Below, in pieces: positions 11,563 to 24,104 of a DNA stretch of 64,000 bases; the first letter of the stretch is position 1; each line of letters opens with the position of its first letter. This stretch comes from Paraspadella gotoi. Its lineage: Eukaryota; Animalia; Chaetognatha. The stretch is from the NCBI GenBank assembly GCA_051294375.1, contig CM119265.1:19020631-19084630 (forward strand), read 5' to 3'. Under the pieces are notes generated by a model that made no database searches, was not told where the DNA came from, and worked only from the letters and a program-made list of their open reading frames with translations. The position numbers were made by a program, and so were the translations under genes.

Positions 11563-14500
11563 TCAATTATAGCGAATCCTGAGTGGAGGACGCGTTTGCT
11601 CGTTTTAGCGCCGTGATTCCCTCCGGGTCGCGGCGTGAAGTACGTCGATCTCCGACGAGCGTTCTCCAATCTTTCCTGCGCCGAGGCGCGCTCCGTTGGC
11701 GGCGCCGGGGGTTTTTTCATCGGTGCCAAATTCGTGTTCGCGTCCACTACTAATCTCTGCCCACACGAGTCTCGATGCGGAAGAAGCCCGGGGTTTCGCG
11801 GCCCAACCGGTCAAAGAAAGCCGGCCGCTGCTTGGCTGCCCACGTACGGCCGGAATGAGGCGCCTGCCGTGCAAAGGTCGGCAAGCGGAGCGGCGCGCTA
11901 ACAACGCATGGAACGGGCGCGTGGCGCGTCGGCGGGGAGTCGGGGAGCGGTTCGCCAACATTCTCGGCGGGGAACTTGGTGCGGCGCGGCGGCGCATGCG
12001 TGCAAGAGCGGCCGAATGTTGATTGATTGTTGATGATGAGGTGACGAGGGATTCCGAGTGGTGATTCGTCCGAATGAATTCGTGGCGACAGATGACTCTC
12101 CACGTCGCGGCCTTCATTCGTCGTCACAGGTCGTAGACTCCGAAGGCCCGCGGGCGAGAGGCCTTTCCGCGGGTGCGGTTCAGGACTCGTTGGGTGGTGA
12201 TGAGAATTGGTGTGGTGGTGGGGGTGTGAGGGCGGGAGTGATGAAGGTGGAGGTCGAAGATGATCGCTCCTTCGAAGGTCGTCAACGACCGCATCCGAAG
12301 ATTCCTCAAGTGTCTTGTCCATGCATGCTTTTGAGGCGGCGGAGCCGCGGCGGCCGAGTTGGCGACGAATTGGCCACGAGGGAGTGAGGGGGGCGCCAGT
12401 CGGCTTGCGACCCGCGTTTGGGGTTTTGGTGTTGTTTGTTGTTGTTGGGTATTTATATATGGTGCGTATGCGAGGGTTGAAAAGGGTGGAGTTGGATGCA
12501 AGGGTAGATGGTGAGCGGGATCGTCGGAGAGTCTCGGTCGCCGCAGAAAGAAGTTGTCCGCAGTCGTCGTCGTCGTCCTGGAGGTCGTTTTCCGAGCGTC
12601 TTAGTTCGCACGACCTTCGTGACGACGATAGATTGGCGTCGACTTCGTGCCTCTGGATCTTCAATGAAAGGAGGCAGTTTCTTCACAAGCTGGCTCCGAG
12701 GGCGGCAGATGGGTCCTCGCTCGAGCGCGCCTTCTTGTCGCCGGCCGGCTCGGGTGATTGGCGAGAACTGCGCCGACGCCGCTGCGTCGTTGGGGCGCCG
12801 TTTTTCTTTGTTTGTCCTAGAAGATCTTTAAGTTAGCTCTCCGGTTCTGCAGGCGATATGGAGGGCGAGCGCAGAACGGAATGCGGATTGGGGTCCACTT
12901 GGGGGCAGATCTGAACCCCTTAGGAGAGGGGTAACGAGTGAAATTGGTCATTTAATTAAATGTTTGAATAAAGACCATTTAGGGTAGGTTTTAAATTATT
13001 TTGTTAATGTTACTAAATGGGTATAATCATTGTGAAAGATTAATTAACTTTTTTCTCTATTTTGAAACTTATACATTTGCTTGTAAGTTATTGCGTCAAA
13101 TGATTAATAGGCACAGGAACCTTCATTGGTCTCACTTTTGAAAGAAATCGTCTTTGGTTGTTGGTGACTGTCTTCAACCGGTCGCCGGTTGCCAGAATGT
13201 TGGCGTACATGGCTGCCTTCCGAATGAGCGAGTGATAAGTGAGCTCTGCCTCCGTGGTTCTTGCCTGCGCTTCTCCTGCGCTATAGTTGGATGTCGTGAG
13301 GGCATTCGGATGGCGCCCGGCGTTAATGGACGTCCAGGGATGGTGCGGGCAATGCGTGCGGCGGGCGATTAGCTGCGGGCTCGGCCACGGACGCCTCTGC
13401 TGCTCTGGCGCGGAGTGCGGTCGGGGCATAGAGGCGCGACGGCGAACCGAGCGGGATTTTGAAACGGCCGAGGGAATGGTATCGGGCCCGCGGGGTGTGG
13501 GGTCCGTTGGGGTAGGAGAGAGGTGGGAGGTGGCGGGATGGAGATGGTGGAACGCTTGATGAGAGACGGCGGTCTTGATGAGGGCGTGTCCTATGATCGC
13601 AGCAGTGAGCAGCGGGCGGCGGGTTTGGTTTACAAAGGGAAAGCGGATGCGAGCCGCCGGGCGAGGTGGGGCGTCCTTTGGTGGGCCGTTACTCCCGTAA
13701 ACGGTGCTTTTCAATAATGCAAGAGTACCGAGAGAAGGGTACCCAGCGGCGGTTGATAGAGGGCAGGACGTCCCGTCGTTTTCTGCGGCTGCCTGGGCAG
13801 GATGGGGGCGGCGATGGGCATCGAAGTAGGGGAATTCTGCAGCGCTCAACGAAGGGCAGATGGATGAATTGATGCGGAGGATGCGGCGAGCGGGGGCTTT
13901 CGTAGCTTCATCGATCTCCGAGCCAGCCTCTTGACGTGGCGTCTCGATCGCCGAGACAGGAGAGATCGAGCGGGTTGCTGCCGGCGTGCGCGCTCCGCGC
14001 ATTTCCCGCACTCAACGCGCCCATCGAGCTGCTGGTCCGGGGTAGAGATGTGAAGGCTTCGGGAGGCTGGACGGGAGACGGGCGGCGAGCGGGAAGCGAC
14101 AGACTGGGCACAAGCGGCGTGGGAGACGGAAGAGTGACGAGCGTCGTGGAGAAGTCATTCCGCTATCGCGGTTCGTCAGGAATCGTTTCCTCATTTGTAG
14201 GTTTGCCTTGTTGTTCGTCGGCCTTCGGAGATGTACTTCGATGTAGCTTTGCGTCGGTTTGAAGGGCGATGCCAGGCGCGCAGACCAGTCTTGGTCGCGC
14301 GCGAAGTTGGGACGGCCTCAGTAGACATGTGTCGAAAAATACATGGCCTTAAAGGGGGGAAGAGGAAATGATGATTTAAATAGGAGCGAATTCAGAGAAA
14401 TAAAAGATAAAAAAAAAAGAATAATTGAGAGAAAGGAAGGAATATGATATTTAATGCGTAAAGAGGGGCTTTAACTGATAAGTTTAAGTGAATAAGTGCA

Positions 14501-16303
14501 AAATGTAAAGGTTTGCGAGATTATTATTTACTAAAGGTTATAGAAAGAAAAGAAATTGTTCTTTATATTTTATGGCTTTCCACCTTCTGTTCGTGCTAAT
14601 GTTTCAGCTTAGCGAGTTTTCTTCCCAATGTTCGCCAGCTCGCCAGCTTTTTTTCTGAATCAGCCGAGTGCAAGTAAATACTGCGCTACAAAAAACACGT
14701 CGCTATATGTAAGTAACTTTCTCGGCGCATGTATTTGTCCCTCCTTGTAGGGCAGAGAGGGGATTGGCCATGCAGCTGCGTCCCACCCCGGCCACGCCAA
14801 GGAACGGCCTTGTTGTTGTAGGGACTTGTTGTTGTGGTTTGTGCCGATGTGAAGGTCGCGAAATCTGGTAAAAGTTGGAGGCGATTGCTGTGCCCCGCGC
14901 GAACTGGAAAAGGTCGTGCGGGTATTGGATGAGGGCGCTTGCACCAGCAGGGATCGGCGTCGTCGACGGAACCGAAGGGCGTCGCGAGGCGGCCGGGGGA
15001 TGGTGGGGGTGGTGGTTTGGCAGGAAAAGGTGTAGGGATCGAGGTGGAGCGGCCGTGGGAGACTACTCGTCGGATTGGAGGATGTCGTCTCGATCGATTC
15101 GGAGAATGATCGGATCGGGGAAAATGTCGACGGGTGATGTTGGAATGTTGATGGTGGTGGAGATTGTCGGCGACAGGGACTCTGGAGGAGGAAGACGACG
15201 TCGGCGTTTGCTTCTGCGACCGCATGATGAGGTGGCAGGCCGTCTCGGCTCCTGAAATCTCGGGTTTCCGATCTTCATTGTCGGAAGAAGTCGCCCCCTT
15301 TTATATCGGGCTCGTCGGCGCCGGTTTCTGTCATAGGCCACTGTTTTTGGCCGGAGAGTCAGGCCAAGCAGAGCGCCGTCTTCTCGCGGTTTGACTCCGG
15401 CGCCGCGGCTTCGATGGCGGGTGGGACGTCCCTCTCGGCGTTCTCCGGCCGACGCGGGCGATCTTGGTCGGACACGAAAGCTTTCGCCCCTTAATTGGAA
15501 GATCTCGGACTTTTCGTGATCTTGAAGCGAACTTTTTTGTGGGGGATGTTTGGGGCAGGCGGGTCTCGGCGCATTTCAAGGCGACGTCGGGCGACCCGCG
15601 GCGCGGAGATAACGCGAGTTCGGAGCGACCGCGCGACCGTTGCGTCAAACGGCGGTCGGTGCCGAGGAGATGGAGCTGCAGATTGGGAAGACGTTCTTCG
15701 GCTTCCATGCCTTTGACCTCAGACAAGGCCGCAGCCGCTTCCTTGGCAACATGTCGTTCGCCGCGGCCGCTTCTAGGCTCGGAGGTAGCTGGCCGTCGAG
15801 GGCTGATTGGTTGGGAGAGTCGGCAGGCGTCGGGACATACGGCGGCGGAGAGTCGCAAGCCGTTCGCGTGGTGACGCCCGCTGAAGCTGCGGCTGACGCT
15901 CGCTGGCGGGGGGAGCGGCGCTGACGGAACGCGGCCGTCTTCATGTAGTGCAGCAAGTGCTGATGATATGGGTTAACGTTATAGAAACGTGGCCGCCGTG
16001 TGTCTCAACACGTTGTGGGTCGTGAGCTCGAGGGCGCGCCGTGTTAGAGGAGTCGAGGAGCGTTCCACGCCCGTCGCTTACGTCGAAGAACGGACGACTT
16101 CTCATGCCGGCGAGGCCAGTTGGAGAAGAGATTGGGGAAATAATCGCGAGGAGGAGGGAGGAGCTCCTTGTGGGCGGGGGAAGGTCGTGTATAACTTGCA
16201 GCCCCGTTTCTGCAGAGGACGCGGTTTTGGCCGCATGTAGCAGAGTTTTTGCAAGGCAGGGCTTTCGAGGGGAAATTTTGTCTCGTGAGAGTAAGGTGAT
16301 ATC
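11563..16303 (-). pseudogene. Frameshifted second copy of the BTB gene (probably unpolished long-read sequence rather than a true pseudogene)
   Basis: Collinear with 2394-7180 including both introns, but with 1-2-nt indels every few tens of bases. Residual peptides such as YHSLIRKAAMYANI, NPLDLS and YMKTAAFRQ appear in shifting frames. Confidence 0.8.
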
Positions 16304-17021
16304 CTGCAGTGGAGAGAGGGGATGGCGGATACGGAATTTGTGAATTGATTGTAAGAAACGAAACTGTAATAAAAGTTGCGAATTTACTTTTTTCTCTGAT
16401 TTTAAGAAAGTCCTCCTACCAAAGTTTCCTTTTAATGCTTACGTAGATGATTTCTTTCCCTTTCAGAGATGGTGCTGTGATAATTAGATAATCTTTAAAC
16501 ACGTTTCGTACTTTTTTATTTCTTTGTAAAAAAAACGAACTCTTTCTATTCGAATATTTCACATTATTTCTCCTTTCTTTCTTCCCCACTTTTCCCTATT
16601 TTCTCCTTTCCCTTCCCACTATTCGAAGGACAGAACTGGGCCGACGGCGAATCGCGTTTCTCTTCTGGAAAAACTTGCCTCTTTCTTCTCTCTCATCTCT
16701 TCTCCTCTTCATCTCTCCTTACTTTCTTCTTCTCTCTCCTCCTCATCTCTTCTCTCCTCCGGGAGAAAACGAAGAATGAGGAAATTAAAATTGCCTGAGG
16801 GAAAAACAGATAAACGAATCCAGCTTTTATTTTCATCGGCTTCTTCTCTAGCCGACGATAGCAAAGAGAGAGAGAGAGAGAGTGAGAAAGAAGAGAGAGG
16901 GAAAGAGATAAGGGGAGGGAGGGTTTAAGAAAAGAAAGATAAGAGAGGAATGGGAAATTTCAGTGATATTAATGAGGGAGGATTAACGGAGAGAGAAGAG
17001 AGAGGAGGAAGAGAGAGAAGA

Positions 17022-17072
<51 letters not shown>

Positions 17073-17812
17073 CACAGAAGAATGTTCTGAGTTTTTTCTT
17101 TTTCTTATTGGCCCAAATTCCAATTGTTTACCTGGTCGCTTGGTCTTTCTTCATTGTTGACTGATTGGCAGGGCTCCAAGTCTTTTTTTCTTCGAGTTTG
17201 ATTGAGTTTTTTTTTTTTCTGTTTTGTTTTTTTGTTGTATTTTAGTTGCTTTTTTTTTCATTTCCTTTTTCGCTCAAGTGGTCAAGATTATGGACTCTTT
17301 CGGGTGTCGAAGAAACGCGATTCATGATGTATCGAGTTTCGCGCTCGAATCTGTAAAGAAAAAAAAACCGCATTTAATTCAATTAATGTTTCGAGTTTTT
17401 TCCCTAGTAATATACGGATCATTAAGATAAGAAAATGTCATAGGTAATGGGATATATGCGTAAACGGTCTACGTAAATGGCAACGAGCTTAAATCTTTTC
17501 GATACAAGAATGAAAGTTGAAAAAAACGTGAAAAAATGTGTTCGCGACCGAAGTAAAACGAAAATAAAAAGGTTTCGGATTTTATTAAAAAAAAAAAAAA
17601 AATTTTCAGGGACAGATTGAAGTGACGTATTTAAGGGTCGACTGGAACGAAGACGATGAGTACGACAATAGCGACACGAGAGGACGACGATAAAGAGACG
17701 TGCAAGCCCGTTAAGTTATGAGGAAGAAAACATTTTCCAGGACCAAGAGTTCATAGCGTACATAGACCGTTCAAGAAAATGAGAGTGGAGAGAGAGAGGA
17801 GAGAGAGGAGAG

Positions 17813-17853
<41 letters not shown>

Positions 17854-18169
17854 GAGAGAGAGAGAATGAGGAGAGGAAGAGAGAGAAACGTGGATTCCAC
17901 GACCCCCCTCCCCCGGCGATTTCAGAGACAATAAAAAGGCGCAAAAGAATAAAGAACATAAAAAGGCGGGACAAAAAATAAAAAAAATAAAAAAACAAAA
18001 AGAAAAAAACAAAAAAAAATAAAAAAAAACGGATTTTCTTACAATAACTAACCAAAAATGACAAAAAAGGAGAGACGATGAATGTAACCCATAAGAGTGC
18101 AGTTTATTTCTTCTCTCTCTTCTCTCTCTCTCTTCTTCCTCATCTCTCTAATCTTCTCTCCTCTCTCTT

Positions 18170-18200
<31 letters not shown>

Positions 18201-19302
18201 ATCTCTTAAAATTGAGCGAGAGAAGAAAAAGCGAGAGACCGAGACGCGCGGTCGCCGTTGACAACACATCGTCCGCTGGCGCCCGCCTTCATCAGCGAAA
18301 TTCAGTCATTTGAGTCTATACGCGTACATGAAGAAAATCATTGTCTGTTACGTCGGAAATTCGTCCGGCGACGGAATTTTGGATGCCGGAGGGGGAAAGT
18401 GAATCATAAGTGACGAAGGGGAAAAAAAGAAAAGGAAAGAGAAATAGGAAAGGAAAAGGATTGAAATAAGCGGCGAAGGAAAGTGAATGAATGTTAAGAA
18501 GGAATATGATGAGAGTAAGTTAAAAAGTGATATGAGAAAGAGAGAGAAGAGAGAGGAGAGAATGAGAAGATATATTNNNNNNNNNNNNNNNNNNNNNNNN
18601 NTAAAAAACTGAAATACCCTGAGAAAATCTTGACATCTACGAAGACGACAGCGACGAAAATGACGACGTCGACGACGACGACGAAGATGATTGAGAATTT
18701 TTTTATGAATAACTCACCCTCGGGGAAAAGTTACCTTCAAGGCTAAGATTTTTCGGGAGAGGAGGAAAAAAAGAGGAGAAAAGGAAAGGGGGAAAAAGAG
18801 AGAAAAAGAGAAAGAGAGGGGGGGAAAGAGAAAAGAAAGAAAGAGAGCGACAGAGACAGAGACAGCATTTAACTCCAGTAATATCACGCCGAAATAACTT
18901 TGATATTTACGACGACGAGGAACGACGTCGCAGACATTTCGCACCGTAGATGTCAGACAGGAAAAAAAAGAGAATCTCATTGGGACTCGAACTCGCGACT
19001 TTTCAAGATAAAGATGAAAAAAAAAAGGAAAAAAAAACGGTAAGAGAAAAACTGGAGTAATTTTCCGCTCGAAATCACGATGATCTTCTTCGGGTCTAAT
19101 TTGGGAAAGTGAAAGTGAATCTGGAGTCACATGTCTCACTTTTCACCGACGACGCAAATTCTGGCTTCGACTCACTTTCCCACTTTGTTCTCGTTAAGGT
19201 GACGGAGACGACGACAACGACGACGACGACGACGATGGAGGTTACAATCAAGGAAAATACTTTTCTTTTTGTTTTGTTTGTTAGAATGTTTTTTTGAAAA
19301 TG

Positions 19303-19434
<132 letters not shown>

Positions 19435-21699
19435 CCCTTTATATCTACATCTTAGTTAGCTTTTGTTTGTTAGTTTCTCCGTTTCGAAACATTCTCACAT
19501 CCCTCACCTTTCGCCACCCTCGTCCCCGTTTTATTTCCCAATTTCACGCGCCATATTTTCTTTCCTCCTCACTTTTCTCTTCCCAACCCTTCTTACTGTA
19601 GAATATCTATCTCGCTCTTTTTTACTTTTTTTGTTTTTCCAATCCTGTGGCCTTTTTCTTTCGATCTTGTCTTTCGATCTCAACCTTTTCTCCGTCTCTC
19701 CATCTCTAACACACCTTCAAGCCCTCTCACTCTACTCCTCTCTCTCTCTCCCTATCCTCCAAACTCTCCCCNNNNNNNNNNNNNNNNNNNNNNNNNNNNN
19801 NNNNNNNNNNNNNNNNNNNNNNNNNNNNNNNNNNNNNNNNNNNNNNNNNNNNNNNNNNNNNNNNNNNNNNNNNNNNNNNNNNNNNNNNNNNNNNNNNNNN
19901 NNNNNNNNNNNNNNNNNNNNNNNNNNNNNNNNNNNNNNNNNNNNNNNNNNNNNNNNNNNNNNNNNNNNNNNNNNNNNNNNNNNNNNNNNNNNNNNNNNNN
20001 NNNNNNNNNNNNNNNNNNNNNNNNNNNNNNNNNNNNNNNNNNNNNNNNNNNNNNNNNNNNNNNNNNNNNNNNNNNNNNNNNNNNNNNNNNNNNNNNNNNN
20101 NNNNNNNNNNNNNNNNNNNNNNNNNNNNNNNNNNNNNNNNNNNNNNNNNNNNNNNNNNNNNNNNNNNNNNNNNNNNNNNNNNNNNNNNNNNNNNNNNNNN
20201 NNNNNNNNNNNNNNNNNNNNNNNNNNNNNNNNNNNNNNNNNNNNNNNNNNNNNNNNNNNNNNNNNNNNNNNNNNNNNNNNNNNNNNNNNNNNNNNNNNNN
20301 NNNNNNNNNNNNNNNNNNNNNNNNNNNNNNNNNNNNNNNNNNNNNNNNNNNNNNNNNNNNNNNNNNNNNNNNNNNNNNNNCCACTCGAATTATCCAACGG
20401 ACGAGCACCCTACCGTTCCTACCTTCTCTCGAACGCATTACCCTACGATTGAACAACCCTACCAACCCTGCCCTACCAACCCTGCCCGAAAATCCTTTCA
20501 AAGAATTAGAAAGCGAGAATGCCCCCCCCTATCTCTAAGGTCCTTCTTTCTCCGTTTTCCAAATAAATCGGCCTTAAACCCGAGGCGTCGTTCGAATCCC
20601 GATCTCCGATAAGACCCAAGGTCGGATCGGTTAGAGCCCTTACCCATCGCGAATTTCCAATCGCGCCTTACCCTGAGCTCACCCAACCGTCTCTTCTTTC
20701 GTCCTCGTCTTCCGCCTCCGCTTCGGTTCGCGATGTCTTTTGTTTTCGTCAAAAGAAAACGACGACAGAGGGCCACGGACTTGGTGAGGGTGGGCGAACG
20801 AGAGACGGGGTGCGTGAGACCAAAGGGGCGGACGGGAAAATGTTTCGGTGCGGGTTCGGGCTGAGAAAACGGACAACCGGGCAGCGTGGGAGAGAACAAA
20901 GCGGGCAAAAGCGGCGAGTTTAATTCGAGAAGCGATAAAGTACGAAAAAGTAAAAAAAAACAAAAAAAAAAAAACGCGGAAGTTTTTTGAAAACATTCAA
21001 TCGGAATAAAAAACTAAATGATGACTAAAACCGAAAATATGGCGCCAAAAAAGAAGCGGGCGCGAGATAATTCCAAATTCTTTGCTTCCCTTTCAATTTT
21101 CTGATCTCTTTGCAAACTTCCTCCTTTCTAGCTTCCCATTTTTTATTTCTTGTCGGATCACTTTATCTTTTTTTTCCCAAACGATCGTTATCTTTCCCTC
21201 ATTATTTCACGTAATGGCGTCGCCCTCATAAAAAGCCCCCATAATTATTATACCGATACACGTTCCTCTCGCTCCTTTTCTCTCGTTCCCTATCGTTNNN
21301 NNNNNNNNNNNNNNNNNNNNNNNNNNNNNNNNNNNNNNNNNNNNNNNNNNNNNNNNNNNNNNNNNNNNNNNNNNNNNNNNNNNNNNNNNNNNNNNNNNNN
21401 NNNNNNNNNNNNNNNNNNNNNNNNNNNNNNNNNNNNNNNNNNNNNNNNNNNNNNNNNNNNNNNNNNNNNNNNNNNNNNNNNNNTCTCTCTATTTTTTTCC
21501 CTCCAAAATTCGCGGGTCTTCCCGGCATGCCGGTACTTCCGTTGGAGACGTCTTGATTCTAAAAATAGACTTTGCGGTTTTGCGGTTCGCTAATTAAAAG
21601 GATTCTCGACTTATAAATTGATTAATTAAAAGACCACGGATAAGGCGGTGGGTACAGGCGCCTCGAACGATCGGCCTGACGCGGCGGATAGTCGACCAT

Positions 21700-21742
21700 G
21701 CGGTCAGGCGGTCAGGCGGTCAGGCGGTCAGGCGGTCGGGCG
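21700..21742. repeat. 8-bp tandem repeat (GCGGTCAG) x~5
   Basis: gcggtcaggcggtcaggcggtcaggcggtcaggcggtcgggcg read directly. Confidence 0.9.
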
Positions 21743-21862
21743 AGAGGAAAACATTATCTTATCTTCCGATTCATTTCTGGGGAAAATGGCTGCGGAGGAG
21801 GGGGAAGAAGATCAGGAGATCCTGGAGCAGGGAAGTGGGAAGTGGGAAAGGAGGATGGAATG

Positions 21863-21994
<132 letters not shown>

Positions 21995-23926
21995 TTCAAT
22001 TTCGCAGCGATGAAACGATGTCAGAAATTTATTAGAAAGAAACGATCGTGGCCTCAAGAAAAAAGATCATAAACTGAACGAAACAGACAAAAAACTGAAA
22101 AAACTAAAGAAGGCTCGTTTTAAAAAAAAAAGGTTTCCCATTTTTTTCTTCTTTTCGTTGTTGCAATCATCTTCGTCGTCGTCGCCGTGGTCGTCGTCGT
22201 CGTCGTCGTCGTCATTTCTGAAGAACGAGGTGGAAGATGAGGCGGAAAGAAGCGACCGACGAAAGGAAAATGGAAGCGAAAAAGCNNNNNNNNNNNNNNN
22301 NNNNNNNNNNNNNNNNNNNNNNNNNNNNNNNNNNNNNNNNNNNNNNNNNNNNNNNNNNNNNNNNNNNNNNNNNNNNNNNNNNNNNNNNNNNNNNNNNNNN
22401 NNNNNNNNNNNNNNNNNNNNNNNNNNNNNNNNNNNNNNNNNNNNNNNNNNNNNNNNNNNNNNNNNNNNNNNNNNNNNNNNNNNNNNNNNNNNNNNNNNNN
22501 NNNNNNNNNNNNNNNNNNNNNNNNNNNNNNNNNNNNNNNNNNNNNNNNNNNNNNNNNNNNNNNNNNNNNNNNNNNNNNNNNNNNNNNNNNNNNNNNNNNN
22601 NNNNNNNNNNNNNNNNNNNNNNNNNNNNNNNNNNNNNNNNNNNNNNNNNNNNNNNNNNNNNNNNNNNNNNNNNNNNNNNNNNNNNNNNNNNNNNNNNNNN
22701 NNNNNNNNNNNNNNNNNNNNNNNNNNNNNNNNNNNNNNNNNNNNNNNNNNNNNNNNNNNNNNNNNNNNNNNNNNNNNNNNNNNNNNNNNNNNNNNNNNNN
22801 NNNNNNNNNNNNNNNNNNNNNNNNNNNNNNNNNNNNNNNNNNNNNNNNNNNNNNNNNNNNNNNNNNNNNNNNNNNNNNNNNNNNNNNNNNNNNNNNNNNN
22901 NNNNNNNNNNNNNNNNNNNNNNNNNNNNNNNNNNNNNNNNNNNNNNNNNNNNNNNNNNNNNNNNNNNNNNNNNNNNNNNNNNNNNNNNNNNNNNNNNNNN
23001 NNNNNNNNNNNNNNNNNNNNNNNNNNNNNNNNAGGAAGCGATCTCAATTAGGCCTGGGCCGGCGCCGATCTCCACTTCGTCGGGCTCCGTTCCAACCAAG
23101 CCGGCGCCGCGGCGTCGTTTCTTCGTTTTCGCGTCTCTCCATTTCCGGCGTCGTCGTTTCCGGCGTCGTCGTTCCCGGTCCCAATGGAGGCGTCGAATTC
23201 GACCGAATCCTCGATTACGGGCGGAATTTAATGGCGAACGACGGCGACGACGACGACGACAACGACGATGCTATTTTTGGTTTGCGGCTTTTGTGCGTAA
23301 TTGAAATCGACGCTCGCCAACGAATGTGTTGGGGTTTTTATGGTCGTTGTTGTTGTTATCGTGGTCGTTGTGATCTTCCTCGTTGTCATAGTCGCTGTAA
23401 AAGTCACAAACATAACTATTTCGGTTTATCTCTGTTGTCTTTTTCGCTCAGACGCGTTACCACTTGAAAATTTCTAGAACTTTTGAGATCGAACTTTGAA
23501 TTCGGGCTAAACATTTTTAACTTTAGGATTTACTCATGGAATTTTCCTTTGGCTTTGGCAAGTGCAAGAGCAACTGTAGTTTGTATTTCGTTCTTTACTG
23601 ACTCAGACTCTGATCATGGGTCTCGGATCTAGAATTGGTTGGGGTTTTAAGAATCGTTGTTCTTTGAATCTCTCTCGTCGTCTCTTCTCTCTTTACGAGT
23701 CGTAATTTCGTCGTTAGACGAATGAATTAGAAAATCTAATCGCCTCTCAGCGCCAATAAAAAAATGGCCGACAATCGTCGAAAAGATTTCTAAGAAATTG
23801 AAAGGAGCGGCATCGCCTCCGAAAATGGAGGGGAAGAATATTCAAGTGCAGGGAAAACGTTTTACGTTTCGCAGTGATGGTTTTAGCGGTTCACTTTCTA
23901 ATCGCGGCCAACTTTTCCCCGGGCAA

Positions 23927-24007
<81 letters not shown>

Positions 24008-24073
24008 GCACGGGATTTTTTCCACTAGTCGCGCGTTTCCCGGACGCGTGGATTCTCTTCCTCTTCCTAGGAA

Positions 24074-24104
<31 letters not shown>

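Noticed and set aside
11563-16303. Programmed frameshifting, RNA editing or gene scrambling to rescue the second BTB copy
   Set aside because: Indels are equally dense in introns and flanks and show no pattern; sequencing error or decay is the simpler explanation.
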